Counted from the first letter of the stretch, positions 16,156-26,761 are shown. The stretch is DNA of 45,168 bases from Thermodesulfobacteriota bacterium (GCA_041082155.1 JBDOIB010000407.1:1-45168), one strand, 5' to 3'. The notes: a model not told the origin generated them from the sequence alone. Program-made: numbers and translations.

Positions 16156-16184
16156 ATGATAAACAAAACAACTCCAAAGGTCAA
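16156..16184 (-). promoter_or_regulatory. Candidate sigma70 promoter TTGACC-17-TATCAT for the kinase operon
   Basis: Read on the minus strand. About 35-nt leader to the GTG at 16114. The -35 is the left arm of the palindrome AGGTCAA-TCT-TTGACCT (16178-16194). Confidence 0.4.
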
Positions 16185-16258
16185 TCTTTGACCTCTTTTA
16201 ACTTGTTCCAGTCAAATAATATATGATAAAATTATATTAATTTTTATTCAGAATCCCA

Positions 16259-17179
16259 ATGAAAAGAGCCGTCAAAAAAAGAATCAAACATTGGATCGGA
16301 GATCTTCTCCTCAACGGGCTTCTCACCCTGATGACGATTCTTCTATTCCCGTTGAAACCAAAAAATTTAGCCATCCTTTCTAAAATTTTAGGTATTTTTT
16401 CTTTTCTTTTGTTGAAGAATTATCGCCAGAGGGTCCTAAATCATCTCACTCTGGTTTTTGGGCCAGGGAAGGATAAAAAAAAGAGAACGAATCTAGCCCG
16501 AGAGATCTTCATTCAATTTGCCCTTACTCCCTTAGAGACCGTATATGCCTATTCTCATTCCTTCGATCAGTTTCTCCGAAAAATAAAGATTCAGGGGAAG
16601 GAATACCTTGACCAGGCCCTTTTACAGGGGAAAGGGGTCATCGCCTTAGGGGCTCATCTTGGATCGTTTACCCTGGTTGGAGCAAGACTCTCCCTTGAAC
16701 ATTACCGATTCAATATCATGATTAACGAAGGAAATTATCCCAGACTCTGGAGAAGATTGGGTAAGTACCAGAAACGAATGGGTCAGAATCCCTTTCCTGC
16801 TAAACCCCTGTCGACCTCTCTCAAGAAATCTTTAAATGCCCTTCACCGGAATGAAATCCTTTATCTAATTGCAGATGAACAACAACGGAACAGCGGAATT
16901 CCAGTCCATTTCTTTAATCACCTCGCCTATACCCCCATAGGCCCTGCCCTCCTTTCCCTGAAGACAGGTGCCCCAATCTTACCTATGTTTATTTTGAGAA
17001 GAGAGAGACTCCCCCATACGCTCTTCATCGGGCCACCCGTGGAAATAGAGAGGACGGGCGAAATGAAAAAAGATATTGAAAACCTTACGATCGCCTTTAC
17101 AAAATTGATTGAAGAAAGGATCAGAGAAGTCCCAACCCAATGGCCCTGGCTCAATCGTCGATGGAAACTCCCACCATAA
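16259..17179 (+). CDS. Lysophospholipid/lipid A (LpxL/HtrB-like) acyltransferase family protein
   Basis: 306 aa with an N-terminal membrane anchor. General family resemblance (GKGVIALGAHLGSF, LIADEQ), assigned at family level only. Confidence 0.7.
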   Translation: MKRAVKKRIKHWIGDLLLNGLLTLMTILLFPLKPKNLAILSKILGIFSFLLLKNYRQRVLNHLTLVFGPGKDKKKRTNLAREIFIQFALTPLETVYAYSHSFDQFLRKIKIQGKEYLDQALLQGKGVIALGAHLGSFTLVGARLSLEHYRFNIMINEGNYPRLWRRLGKYQKRMGQNPFPAKPLSTSLKKSLNALHRNEILYLIADEQQRNSGIPVHFFNHLAYTPIGPALLSLKTGAPILPMFILRRERLPHTLFIGPPVEIERTGEMKKDIENLTIAFTKLIEERIREVPTQWPWLNRRWKLPP

Positions 17180-17225
17180 CACCCAACTTGACAGAAAAAG
17201 CGATGAAGGATAAGATTTCGATTCG

Positions 17226-17858
17226 ATGGAAGAAACGATTCTAAAACGGTTCCAAGAAAGTGGAGAAGTAAAGACTCAGTTTATTGAGAAGAGTCTTCCA
17301 ACATTAATCGAAGCCATCCACTGGATTGTCCATTGTGTTGAATCAGGAAATAAGCTATTCTTTTTTGGAAATGGCGGAAGTGCCGCGGATGCTCAACATC
17401 TGGCAGCCGAATTTGTGAATCGATATCTTCTGAATCGCCCTGCCCTCCCTGCGATTGCCCTCACCACGGACACCTCCATCCTCACCAGTATCTCCAATGA
17501 TACCGATTTTTCTGAGGTCTTCTCACGACAGCTCTTAGCCCTTGGAAGAAAAGGAGACATCGCCATCGGGATTACGACCAGCGGAAATTCGCCCAATATT
17601 CTTAAGGCATTTGAAGCAGCGAAGAGGATAGGAATGAAAACCATCGCTCTGGCCGGAAAGGATGGAGGAAGGGTAGCAAAGGTCGCTGATCTCTCTCTCA
17701 TTGTACCTTCTCATAGTACTCCTCGGATTCAGGAAACCCATATCCTCATCGGACATATTATCTGTGAAATGGTCGAAACCTTACTCTTCTCGAGGAATTC
17801 CATACACTCTTCACCGGGAAGCGAAGAGTCTCATAGATGCGATGAAAAGAAAGATTAA
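17226..17858 (+). CDS. gmhA: D-sedoheptulose-7-phosphate isomerase (SIS domain)
   Basis: FFFGNGGSAADAQHLAAEF and ITTSGNSPN motifs. 210 aa with a slightly extended C-terminus that overlaps the next gene. Confidence 0.85.
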   Translation: MEETILKRFQESGEVKTQFIEKSLPTLIEAIHWIVHCVESGNKLFFFGNGGSAADAQHLAAEFVNRYLLNRPALPAIALTTDTSILTSISNDTDFSEVFSRQLLALGRKGDIAIGITTSGNSPNILKAFEAAKRIGMKTIALAGKDGGRVAKVADLSLIVPSHSTPRIQETHILIGHIICEMVETLLFSRNSIHSSPGSEESHRCDEKKD

Positions 17859-18813
17859 ACGACTGGATCTCCATCGGATCGCCTATACCTCCCTCTATCA
17901 GAAAAAACACAAAGTCAAGAAACATCTATTTGCAAAGGTTTGGCAAGAGGGAGGAACTTTGAGCGAATTTTTAGAATCCCTGCCCCGCCTATTAGCCGGA
18001 GAGAGGTTTCTTGAGATAGTGAATAGGATCTCCAGGGCCGTGATCCAAAATCGAATGGTCCTTCTTGGGATGGGAGCCCATCCTATCAAAGTGGGTCTTA
18101 ATCCCGTTCTGATTGACTGGATGGAACGAGGGATATTAAAAGGGATCGGAATGAATGGCGCCTGTCTGGTTCATGATGTGGAGATGGCCATGGTCGGTCA
18201 TACTTCCGAAGAGGTGGAGGAAGAGCTCTCCAGAGGAACCTTCGGAATGGTAAAAGAGACACATGAATGGATCAATCAGGCCATCTCTGAAGGTGTAAAA
18301 AAGGGATTAGGGATCGGGGAGTCGGTGGGCCAAAAGCTCCTTTCTGAAAAATTTCCATATAAGCATCTTTCTCTGCTGGCTGCAGGCGAACGGCTGGGAA
18401 TTCCGATGACGGTGCATATTGCTCTCGGCACCGACATTTATCACACAGGCCCTTCAGCCGATGGAGCCTCTATGGGAGAAGGAAGCCTAAAGGACTTTCA
18501 AACCTTTGCTTCCTTAGTCTCGCGATTGGAACGAGGGGTCTATATTAATCTTGGCTCCGCGGTGATCCTCCCGGAAGTCTTCCTAAAGGCCCTTTCTTTG
18601 GCAAGAAACTTAGGGCACCCATTGAAGCATATCACCACAGTGAATATGGATTTTATTGATCACTATCGACCTTCGATGAATGTGGTCAAAAGACCCACCC
18701 TTATGGGTGGGAAAGGCTATACCCTGATCGGTCACCATGAATTGATGGTTCCTCTTCTCGGAGCTTCGGTGATTGAAAGATTAGCCTTGCTGAAAAAGGC
18801 GAAACCGTCATGA
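17842..18813 (+). CDS. Conserved hypothetical protein (family not recognised; possibly a deoxyhypusine-synthase-like Rossmann fold)
   Basis: 323 aa from ATG 17842 (MKRKIKRLDL...), overlapping gmhA by 17 nt. The motif LLGMGAHPIKVGLNPVLIDWMERGILKGIGMNGACLVHDVE resembles DHS-like proteins from memory only. Confidence 0.55.
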   Translation: MKRKIKRLDLHRIAYTSLYQKKHKVKKHLFAKVWQEGGTLSEFLESLPRLLAGERFLEIVNRISRAVIQNRMVLLGMGAHPIKVGLNPVLIDWMERGILKGIGMNGACLVHDVEMAMVGHTSEEVEEELSRGTFGMVKETHEWINQAISEGVKKGLGIGESVGQKLLSEKFPYKHLSLLAAGERLGIPMTVHIALGTDIYHTGPSADGASMGEGSLKDFQTFASLVSRLERGVYINLGSAVILPEVFLKALSLARNLGHPLKHITTVNMDFIDHYRPSMNVVKRPTLMGGKGYTLIGHHELMVPLLGASVIERLALLKKAKPS

Positions 18814-18852
18814 GTTCTATCAATAACTTGAAAAGAAAGGAGTGGATAGGAG

Positions 18853-19050
18853 ATGAAACTGGAATGCCATATTGAGAAAAACAAAGCTCGATGTACCTGC
18901 ACTTATGAACCCTGCGATCGAAAGGGAAGATGTTGCGAGTGTATTGCCTATCACTGGAAGATGAAACAGCTTCCTGGTTGTTTCTTCTCCCCCGAAGGTG
19001 AAAGGACCTACGATCGTTCCATCCGAAGATTTATTGAAGAAAACAGGTAA
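18853..19050 (+). CDS. Cys-rich miniprotein (65 aa), DUF6485-like
   Basis: CTCTYEPCDRKGRCCECIAYHWKMKQLPGCFF matches a conserved Cys pattern I recall from an uncharacterised bacterial family. AAGGAG RBS. Confidence 0.6.
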   Translation: MKLECHIEKNKARCTCTYEPCDRKGRCCECIAYHWKMKQLPGCFFSPEGERTYDRSIRRFIEENR

Positions 19051-19092
19051 ATCCTAGACCTCTGATGAAACGAAGGGGATCGATAAAGAGCA

Positions 19093-20109
19093 ATGGAAAT
19101 CAAATTTGAACGTTATCATCTTCAATCGGAACTTCTTTCACCTCTTCATGAATTCAAACGGATCTCTGTTCCCACAGAGATCCGAGTGGATCCTCTAACC
19201 AAACGGAGAAGTCGAATCATTACCTGGAGCCTTCCTCCCACAGAAAAATTTGACTTTACCGAAATGGCCAACGCCTCCAAGGGTTGTGTCTTCTGTCCCG
19301 AGAATGTCTTTCTCAAAACCCCCAAATTTATAGAAGAAGTTGTTCCTGAAGGAAGGATCCGGAGAGGAAAGGCTGTAGGGTTTCCTAATCTTTTTCCTGC
19401 AGGAGCATCCGGTAGTGTAGTGGTTCTCTGCGAGGAGCATTTTCTCAATCTGAATCAATTTTCCCCCCAGATTTATGAAGAAGGCCTATCGGTGTCCATT
19501 GAGATCGTTCGAAGAATGACACGGTTTGATCCCGATCTTCGCTATTGGCAGATCAGCCAAAATTTTCTCCTTCCAGGGGGGAGTAGTATTCTTCACCCTC
19601 ACCTTCAGGTAATTGGAGATCCCATTCCTACCAACGAGATGGAGTGGCTCATAAATGCTTCTGCCTCCTATAAAGAGAGGAACAGAACGATCTACTGGAA
19701 GGATCTGGTCGAAACAGAAAAAAAGCTTGGAGAAAGGTTCATCGCCACCTGCGGGAAGATTCACTGGTTTGTCTCATTTGCACCGATTGGATTTAATGAA
19801 GTCTGTGCCTGGGTTGAGAATTCTTCTTCTCTTCTCGCACTAAGCGAGGAAGAAATTACCCTCCTCGCCAGGGGGATCGTCTCTACCTTAAAATATTATG
19901 ATTCCAAATCCCTTAATAGCTTCAATTTGGCTCTCTATGCTATTTTGGATGAAACCTCTCCCCTCCTTCTTCTCCGAATTATTTCACGAACTCCATTCCA
20001 GCCCTTCTATTTGAACGATTGTACCTCTTTTGAAGTCCTCCAGTCGGAGCTTACCTTCAATATCTATCCTGAGGAACTCTGCCGTGAAATCCGACCCTAC
20101 TTCATCTAA
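19093..20109 (+). CDS. Galactose-1-phosphate uridylyltransferase-like (HIT-superfamily nucleotidyltransferase/phosphorylase)
   Basis: 338 aa. CVFCPEN zinc-site context and the HPHLQV His-x-His-x-Gln active-site motif. Confidence 0.7.
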   Translation: MEIKFERYHLQSELLSPLHEFKRISVPTEIRVDPLTKRRSRIITWSLPPTEKFDFTEMANASKGCVFCPENVFLKTPKFIEEVVPEGRIRRGKAVGFPNLFPAGASGSVVVLCEEHFLNLNQFSPQIYEEGLSVSIEIVRRMTRFDPDLRYWQISQNFLLPGGSSILHPHLQVIGDPIPTNEMEWLINASASYKERNRTIYWKDLVETEKKLGERFIATCGKIHWFVSFAPIGFNEVCAWVENSSSLLALSEEEITLLARGIVSTLKYYDSKSLNSFNLALYAILDETSPLLLLRIISRTPFQPFYLNDCTSFEVLQSELTFNIYPEELCREIRPYFI

Positions 20110-21016
20110 TCGGATAGCTGCAATTGATATTGGAACCAATACGATTCTTCTTCTCGCCTCCGAGTTTGATGGGAAAAACCTTAAACCCATCCTGGAAAAG
20201 GAAAGGATTGTCCGATTAGGGGAAGGGCTTCATCCCCATGAAATCCTTTTGAAGGAAGCGATGGAAAGAGCCATGGAAGTCTTGAAGGAGTATCTTTTAG
20301 ACTGTCAAAGCCTCGGGATTCAAAAAATCTTTGCGGTGGGGACAAGTGCCCTGAGGGAAGCAAAAAATGCCAGTGAATTTCTTAGAAAGGTCAGGGAAAA
20401 CTTAAATCTCTCAATTGAGATCATCTCTGGGGAAGAAGAGGCTTATCTTTCCTATTTAGCTGTATCAAAGGATCTCGATGAGGGATCAAAAAAGATCCTT
20501 GTGGTGGATATAGGAGGGGGAAGCACTGAACTCATTCTGGGTATTGGGGAAAAAATCCTCCACTGGGTGAGTCTCCCTATGGGGTCTGTTCGTTTCACAG
20601 AACAGTTTCTTCACTCCGATCCCGCCGAGCCAGAGGAGTTGAAAGAGATGGAAAAGGAGATTGACCAAACTCTCAAAGGGGCATCGTCCTTTCAAACCCC
20701 GGAGATCGTGGTTGGAGTTGGAGGAACCGCAACCACTTTGGTCCAGGTGGAGATGGGACTTTCTGAATTTAACCCTAAAAAAATTCACCATTTCAAGTTA
20801 ACTAAAGAAGCCATCAGAAGGCAGATTCTTCTTTATCAATCAAAAACCCGAAAGGAACGAAAAACGATCCGGGGACTTCATCCTCTGCGGGCAGATGTCA
20901 TCCTTGCTGGGGCCTCAATCTTATACCAAATCATGAAAAAGATGAATTGTGATGAGATTATAGTGAGTTGTCAGGGCCTCCGATATGGTTTATTATATAA
21001 AAAACTTCCTTTGTAA
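20084..21016 (+). CDS. Ppx/GppA-family phosphatase (exopolyphosphatase / pppGpp phosphohydrolase-like)
   Basis: IAAIDIGTNTILLL and VVDIGGGSTEL actin-fold phosphate loops. The start is uncertain: GTG 20084 is the nearest start before the first loop, and the track start at 20030 lies deep in the upstream gene. Confidence 0.8.
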   Translation: MKSDPTSSNRIAAIDIGTNTILLLASEFDGKNLKPILEKERIVRLGEGLHPHEILLKEAMERAMEVLKEYLLDCQSLGIQKIFAVGTSALREAKNASEFLRKVRENLNLSIEIISGEEEAYLSYLAVSKDLDEGSKKILVVDIGGGSTELILGIGEKILHWVSLPMGSVRFTEQFLHSDPAEPEELKEMEKEIDQTLKGASSFQTPEIVVGVGGTATTLVQVEMGLSEFNPKKIHHFKLTKEAIRRQILLYQSKTRKERKTIRGLHPLRADVILAGASILYQIMKKMNCDEIIVSCQGLRYGLLYKKLPL

Positions 21017-21200
21017 TCCGTGACTCTTTTTTCTCATCCCTGCTTATAAAAAGCCACTTTCAAAGAAAGAATATTAAAAAATTCTAAGTAAATACAATAA
21101 ATTACATTAAAATAAATTTTTTATCCCCCTTCCTCTCCCCTATAACAGTTAAACTGATAAATATTGAATTAAAAATACAATTATGTTAATTTGAACTTAA

Positions 21201-23015
21201 TTGGATTGGGGGGAAAATCGCTTGAATTCATTCTATAAAAACCTCCTTTTCTGGACCATTATTATTATTATCATGATTCTACTGTTTAATTTTTTCAGTA
21301 GACCTCGCCCCACCATTGCTGAAAGAAACTACTCGGACTTTATCTCTGCCGTTGAAAATAACCAAGTCTTAGAAGTAGAGACCAAGGGAAGAAGCATTAC
21401 ATGGAAGGATACCCATGGGAAGAGATTCAGAACCTATGCCCCTGAAGACCCTGAAATGATTAAAATTATTAGAGAAAAGAAAATAGTGATTCATGCCAAA
21501 AAGGAAGAGGATTCCCCTTTATGGCAAAATATTCTCATTCAATGGTTCCCAATGATCATTCTCATAGGAGTTTGGCTCTTCTTCATGAGACAGGTTCAAA
21601 TCGGAGGGGGAAAAGCGCTCTCTTTCGGAAAGAGTAGAGCCAAGATTTTAACAAAAGATCAGTCCAAAGTCACCTTTGGTAATGTCGCTGGGGTGGAAGA
21701 GGCGAAGGAAGAGGTTCAGGAAATCATCGAGTTTCTTAGGGATCCCAAAAAATTCACCAAACTTGGAGGACGTATCCCCAAGGGGATCCTCCTGATTGGG
21801 GCTCCTGGAACTGGAAAAACACTTCTTGCAAAGGCTATAGCCGGAGAGGCGGACGTTCCATTTTTCAGTATCAGTGGATCGGACTTTGTCGAAATGTTCG
21901 TAGGAGTAGGTGCTTCTCGAGTTCGTGATCTTTTCCTTCAGGGAAAGAGAAATGCCCCCTGCATCATCTTTATCGATGAGATTGACGCAGTGGGAAGACA
22001 CCGTGGAGCAGGCCTGGGTGGAGGGCACGATGAACGAGAGCAAACCCTTAATCAGCTTTTAGTTGAGATGGATGGTTTTGAATCGAACGAAGGGGTCATC
22101 TTAATCGCTGCCACCAACCGTCCCGATGTTTTAGATCCAGCCCTTCTCAGACCGGGGCGCTTCGATCGGCAGATTGTCATTCCCATTCCTGATGTCAAGG
22201 GACGAGAAGAGATCTTGAAGGTTCATACTAAAAAAACCCCCCTTGCTGATGATGTAGATCTCTCCCTCCTGGCTCGAGGGACCCCTGGTTTTACCGGTGC
22301 TGATTTAGAAAATATGGTAAACGAGGCAGCCCTTTTAGCCGCTCGATTGGGGAAAGACCGAATCGATATGTCTGATTTTGAGCAAGCGAAGGATAAGGTT
22401 TTAATGGGAGTGGAAAGAAAATCGATGATCATTCCTTATGAAGAAAGAAGGATTACAGCCTATCATGAAGCCGGGCATACCCTCGTGGCGAAAATGATTC
22501 CTGGAACAGACCCCATTCATAAAGTGACCATCATCCCTCGTGGAAGGGCCCTCGGAATTACCCAGCAACTTCCCCTCGATGAAAAACATACCTATCCTAA
22601 AGATTATTTAATGAACAATATCGCCGTGATGATGGGAGGAAGGGTTGCTGAAGAACTCGTCCTTCACCTGCAGACCACAGGGGCAGGCAATGACATTGAG
22701 CGATCTACAGAACTGGCAAGGAAGATGGTCTGCGAATGGGGAATGAGTGAGAAACTCGGGCCCTTGACATTCGGAAAAAAGGAGGAGGAGATCTTTTTGG
22801 GAAGAGAATTTGCAAGGCACCGAGACTATAGTGAAGAGACGGCACGCCTCATCGATAGCGAGGTGAGATCGATTGTCAATCAAGGTTATGAAAAGGCGAA
22901 AGAGATCATTCAGCAGAATATGGAAATCCTTCACCGATTGGCAAATACGCTCCTTGAGAAAGAGGTTCTGGACGGACGTCAAATCGATCAAATTATTCGC
23001 GGCGAAGCCATCTAA
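21201..23015 (+). CDS. ftsH: ATP-dependent zinc metalloprotease FtsH
   Basis: [13 protein letters not shown] Walker A, the DEID Walker B context and the HEAGH zinc site. 604 aa. TTG start (exact start uncertain). Confidence 0.95.
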   Translation: MDWGENRLNSFYKNLLFWTIIIIIMILLFNFFSRPRPTIAERNYSDFISAVENNQVLEVETKGRSITWKDTHGKRFRTYAPEDPEMIKIIREKKIVIHAKKEEDSPLWQNILIQWFPMIILIGVWLFFMRQVQIGGGKALSFGKSRAKILTKDQSKVTFGNVAGVEEAKEEVQEIIEFLRDPKKFTKLGGRIPKGILLIGAPGTGKTLLAKAIAGEADVPFFSISGSDFVEMFVGVGASRVRDLFLQGKRNAPCIIFIDEIDAVGRHRGAGLGGGHDEREQTLNQLLVEMDGFESNEGVILIAATNRPDVLDPALLRPGRFDRQIVIPIPDVKGREEILKVHTKKTPLADDVDLSLLARGTPGFTGADLENMVNEAALLAARLGKDRIDMSDFEQAKDKVLMGVERKSMIIPYEERRITAYHEAGHTLVAKMIPGTDPIHKVTIIPRGRALGITQQLPLDEKHTYPKDYLMNNIAVMMGGRVAEELVLHLQTTGAGNDIERSTELARKMVCEWGMSEKLGPLTFGKKEEEIFLGREFARHRDYSEETARLIDSEVRSIVNQGYEKAKEIIQQNMEILHRLANTLLEKEVLDGRQIDQIIRGEAI

Positions 23016-23047
23016 ACCCTCTGAAAATTCGAGCCAAAGAAGGTTCT

Positions 23048-24256
23048 ATGGATCTGATTCGATGCTTGCCCATCCACGATATTCATGAAGCAGCTTTCTG
23101 GATGGAAAAAGTTGGAGTTGACCCAACGGGGATTGAATTGATGAAGGGAAAAGCCCTTCATCTGAATCTAAAGGTCGAAGGCATTCCCCCTAAATGGGCT
23201 AACCTGCTCAAACAGGAAATGCTTTCTCTGGATGGAGACGCTGCTCTGGACCGAAGAACACTCGATTGCAGTGTTTCGAAAACAGATGTTCTGCTCATGG
23301 GAACTCAGAAGCAGTTTGAACGATTGGTGCATAAATTAGAGTCCTATCCTTTTCTCCAATCCCTTGGACGCTCTTTAGCCGAAACCCTTAAAAATCTCTC
23401 TAAAACTCAATTTACCTTAAGGTGTCGAAAAAAAACTTTCCATTTAGGAAAAAGAACTCTCCTGATGGGAGTATTAAATGTAACTCCTGACTCGTTTTCG
23501 GATGGAGGTCTTTTTTTGGATCCATCCAGAGCCATTGAACACGGATTAAAAATGGCAGAGGAAGGTGCGGATCTGATTGACATTGGAGGCGAATCCACTC
23601 GACCTGGCTCAAAGCCCCTTAGCGCGGAAGAGGAGCTTCGGAGAGTCATTCCCGTGATTGAATCTTTATCCAAAAGATTAGATATTCCGATCTCCATCGA
23701 TACCTATAAATCAAAGGTGGCTCAGGCAGCTATTGATGCGGGGGCTGAGATGATCAATGATATCAGTGGCCTCCATTTTGACCCAGAACTTGCAAGGGTA
23801 GCCTCCAAGGAGGACGTTCCCATCATATTGATGCATATTCGTGGGACTCCTGAAACGATGCAGAGAGACGTTCACTACGAATCCCTTTTTTCGGAGATCC
23901 TCCGATACCTTCGTGAAGGGATTGAACAAGCTGAGGCTTCGGGGGTAGATCCAGAGAAGATTATCATTGATCCCGGGATTGGTTTTGGTAAGACTTTGGA
24001 ACACAATCTTCTCTTGATTAAAAACCTTTCTGAATTTCGAATTCTTGGAAAACCCATTCTCCTTGGAACCTCCCGAAAGAGTTTTATCGGAAAGATTCTC
24101 AATGCAGAACCTCAGGATAGGCTTGAGGGGACCCTTGCAAGTACCGTTGTGGGAATCCTTCGTGGAGCCCATATTGTTCGATGCCATGATGTGGCTCAGG
24201 CCAGAAAGGCCATTGCGGTGGCCGATGCGATTCGTCTTGTGAGTGATCAAGGTTAA
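23048..24256 (+). CDS. folP: Dihydropteroate synthase with an N-terminal extension of about 135 aa
   Basis: LMGVLNVTPDSFSDGG and DIGGESTRPG motifs begin near residue 138. Conserved ftsH-folP-glmM order. Confidence 0.9.
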   Translation: MDLIRCLPIHDIHEAAFWMEKVGVDPTGIELMKGKALHLNLKVEGIPPKWANLLKQEMLSLDGDAALDRRTLDCSVSKTDVLLMGTQKQFERLVHKLESYPFLQSLGRSLAETLKNLSKTQFTLRCRKKTFHLGKRTLLMGVLNVTPDSFSDGGLFLDPSRAIEHGLKMAEEGADLIDIGGESTRPGSKPLSAEEELRRVIPVIESLSKRLDIPISIDTYKSKVAQAAIDAGAEMINDISGLHFDPELARVASKEDVPIILMHIRGTPETMQRDVHYESLFSEILRYLREGIEQAEASGVDPEKIIIDPGIGFGKTLEHNLLLIKNLSEFRILGKPILLGTSRKSFIGKILNAEPQDRLEGTLASTVVGILRGAHIVRCHDVAQARKAIAVADAIRLVSDQG

Positions 24257-24290
24257 AAGGTAAGCCGAGCGCTACCCTCAGAGGCACAAA

Positions 24291-25643
24291 ATGGAAAGGA
24301 AGTTGTTTGGAACAGATGGAATTCGAGGGATCGCCAATACCGAACCCATGACCGGGGAGATAGCGATGCGATTGGGGAGAGCCATCGCTTTTCTATTTAA
24401 AAAGGCGAAGGGCCAACATCGAATCGTGGTGGGGAAGGATACCCGACTCTCCGGATACATGTTAGAGACCGCTCTCGCCTCAGGGATCTGTTCCATGGGA
24501 GCGGATGTCTGGTTGGTTGGGCCATTGCCCACCCCCGGGATTGCGTTCATCACCACAAGTATGAGGGCTAACGCAGGAGTAGTGATCTCTGCTTCCCATA
24601 ATCCGTATTATGATAATGGAATTAAAATCTTCTCGAGAGAGGGTTTTAAACTCCCGGACGAGCTGGAAGCCCAGATCGAAGAGCTCGTTCTTTCGGACCA
24701 TCTCCAATCTTTGAGACCCACCGCCAATGAAGTGGGAAAGGCCCATCGAATCGACGATGCCGTTGGACGTTACGTGGTCTTCTTAAAAAATACTTTTCCA
24801 AAGGACCTCACCCTCGATGGACTCCGGATTGCCCTGGATTGTGCCAATGGGGCTGCCTATCGAGTGGCTCCCACCGTGTTTGAAGAATTAGGGGCAGAGG
24901 TGATTCCCATTGGCATTGAGCCCAATGGAGAGAATATTAATGCCCAATGTGGAGCCCTTTATCCTGAGGCCGTCTCGAGGCTTGTTATTGAAAAGAATGC
25001 TGACCTTGGAATCTCTCTGGACGGGGATGCAGATCGGATTATCTTTGTGGATCGTTATGGGAAACAAGTTGATGGAGATAAGATCCTGGCCATTTGTGGT
25101 CTTCAGATGCTCAAAGAAGGACGGCTCAAAAAGGGGACGGTAGTGACTACAGTGATGAGCAATCTGGGTTTAGATCTTGCTCTAAAAAAGGCGGGGGGAA
25201 GGGTGATTCGAACACAGGTGGGAGACCGTTATGTGGTGGAGGAGATGCTTCGAGGAAACTATAACCTGGGAGGAGAACCTTCAGGCCATACTATCTTTTT
25301 GGACTATAATACGACATGTGACGGAATTTTAACGGCTCTTCAAACCCTCGCCATTATGAAAAGAGAGGAAAAAGACCTGGATGAACTGGCAAGGGTCATG
25401 GAATCTCTTCCTCAGGTGCTCTACAATGTTCGGGTCAAAGAGAAAAAAAATCTCGCAGACCTACCGGAAATAAATAAGAAGATACTGGAGATTGAAAAAT
25501 CGTTAGGGGAATCCGGGAGACTCTTGATCCGTTATTCCGGAACCGAACCCTTACTCAGAATCATGCTGGAAGGAGAGAATGAGGAAAAGCTTCATAAATA
25601 TGCTCAGGAGATTGTGGAGATTGCCCAAAGGTATCTTCAATGA
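24291..25643 (+). CDS. glmM: Phosphoglucosamine mutase
   Basis: LFGTDGIRG, the [13 protein letters not shown] phosphoserine loop and GDGDADR. Confidence 0.95.
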   Translation: MERKLFGTDGIRGIANTEPMTGEIAMRLGRAIAFLFKKAKGQHRIVVGKDTRLSGYMLETALASGICSMGADVWLVGPLPTPGIAFITTSMRANAGVVISASHNPYYDNGIKIFSREGFKLPDELEAQIEELVLSDHLQSLRPTANEVGKAHRIDDAVGRYVVFLKNTFPKDLTLDGLRIALDCANGAAYRVAPTVFEELGAEVIPIGIEPNGENINAQCGALYPEAVSRLVIEKNADLGISLDGDADRIIFVDRYGKQVDGDKILAICGLQMLKEGRLKKGTVVTTVMSNLGLDLALKKAGGRVIRTQVGDRYVVEEMLRGNYNLGGEPSGHTIFLDYNTTCDGILTALQTLAIMKREEKDLDELARVMESLPQVLYNVRVKEKKNLADLPEINKKILEIEKSLGESGRLLIRYSGTEPLLRIMLEGENEEKLHKYAQEIVEIAQRYLQ

Positions 25644-25659
25644 AGATTAGGGAGGGATT

Positions 25660-26373
25660 ATGGCAAGATTAGGGGTCAATATCGATCATGTCGCTACCCT
25701 AAGACAGGCTCGAGGGGTTCAATATCCCGATCCCATTGCGGCGGCTGTCCTCGTGGAATTAGCGGGTGCAGATGGCATCGTCTGCCACCTAAGGGAAGAC
25801 CGTCGTCATATTCAAGATCGCGATCTCCATTTGCTTCGGAAGACCATTCAAACCCAGTTGAATTTGGAGATGGCGGCCACAGAAGAGATGATCCGAATTG
25901 CTCTCCATACCAAACCTGATATCGTAACCCTTGTTCCCGAAAGAAGAGAAGAGTTAACTACAGAAGGAGGACTCGATGTCCTAAAAAACCATCGACCCCT
26001 TAAGAAGGCCATCCAACGCCTCCAAAGAGGCGGGATCTCTGTAAGCCTCTTTGTGGACCCCGATAAAGATCAGATTAGGGCTGCGGAAGAGGTGGGAGCC
26101 AATGCCATAGAAATCCATACGGGCCATTATTGCAATGCTCAAACCCATGCCCTTCAGGATGAGGAGTTAAAGAGAATTCTTGATGCGGTGGCCGAAGCCT
26201 CCCACCGGAACCTTCGAATAGCCGCAGGTCATGGCCTCAATTATGTAAATGTGAAGCGGATTGCTGAGATTAAAGAGATCGAAGAACTCAACATTGGCCA
26301 CAGTATCATTGCTCGGGCCGTCCTGGTGGGTTTGGATCGAGCCGTTAGGGAGATGCTCGCCCTGATTAAATAA
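25660..26373 (+). CDS. pdxJ: Pyridoxine 5'-phosphate synthase
   Basis: [17 protein letters not shown]-terminus, 237 aa. Confidence 0.95.
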   Translation: MARLGVNIDHVATLRQARGVQYPDPIAAAVLVELAGADGIVCHLREDRRHIQDRDLHLLRKTIQTQLNLEMAATEEMIRIALHTKPDIVTLVPERREELTTEGGLDVLKNHRPLKKAIQRLQRGGISVSLFVDPDKDQIRAAEEVGANAIEIHTGHYCNAQTHALQDEELKRILDAVAEASHRNLRIAAGHGLNYVNVKRIAEIKEIEELNIGHSIIARAVLVGLDRAVREMLALIK

Positions 26374-26377
26374 TCAG

Positions 26378-26761
26378 ATGATTAAAGGAAGTGGTATCGA
26401 CATTGTCAATATCGATAGAATTGAACGGATGAGGGCTCGTTGGGGAAAGGTTTTTTTAAATCGGGTATACACAGAGAATGAAATCTCTTGGTGCGAGCGA
26501 ATGCACCGTCCTTCTGAATGTTTTGCCGTAAGATTCGCAGCGAAAGAAGCCTTTTTGAAGGCCATAGGGTTAGGTTTACGGAACGGGATTCGTTGGAGGG
26601 ATATCGAAGTGGAAAATGACTCGATGGGGAGGCCATTTCTTTCACTCCATCGAAAGGCGAAGGAAATCCTGGACACCTTTGGGATCGAAAGAACATTTCT
26701 TACCCTTTCCCACGACTATCCTTATGCCGTGGCCCATGTGCTGTTAGAGGGGGAACAATGA
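26378..26761 (+). CDS. acpS: Holo-[acyl-carrier-protein] synthase
   Basis: GIDIVNIDRIE, FAAKEAFLKA, 127 aa. Usual pdxJ-acpS adjacency. Confidence 0.9.
   Translation: MIKGSGIDIVNIDRIERMRARWGKVFLNRVYTENEISWCERMHRPSECFAVRFAAKEAFLKAIGLGLRNGIRWRDIEVENDSMGRPFLSLHRKAKEILDTFGIERTFLTLSHDYPYAVAHVLLEGEQ

Noticed and set aside
20030-20083. Track start of the Ppx/GppA ORF at 20030
   Set aside because: It would overlap the GalT-like gene by 80 nt and add a Ser-rich segment with no homology. GTG 20084 is preferred, although still uncertain.
23711-24250. 179-aa minus-strand ORF
   Set aside because: It is antisense to the catalytic core of folP and has no RBS or motifs, so it is a shadow ORF. The same reasoning applies to the other short antisense ORFs in the track (for example 741-1163, 2759-3154, 21648-22043, 22608-22991, 31972-32403).
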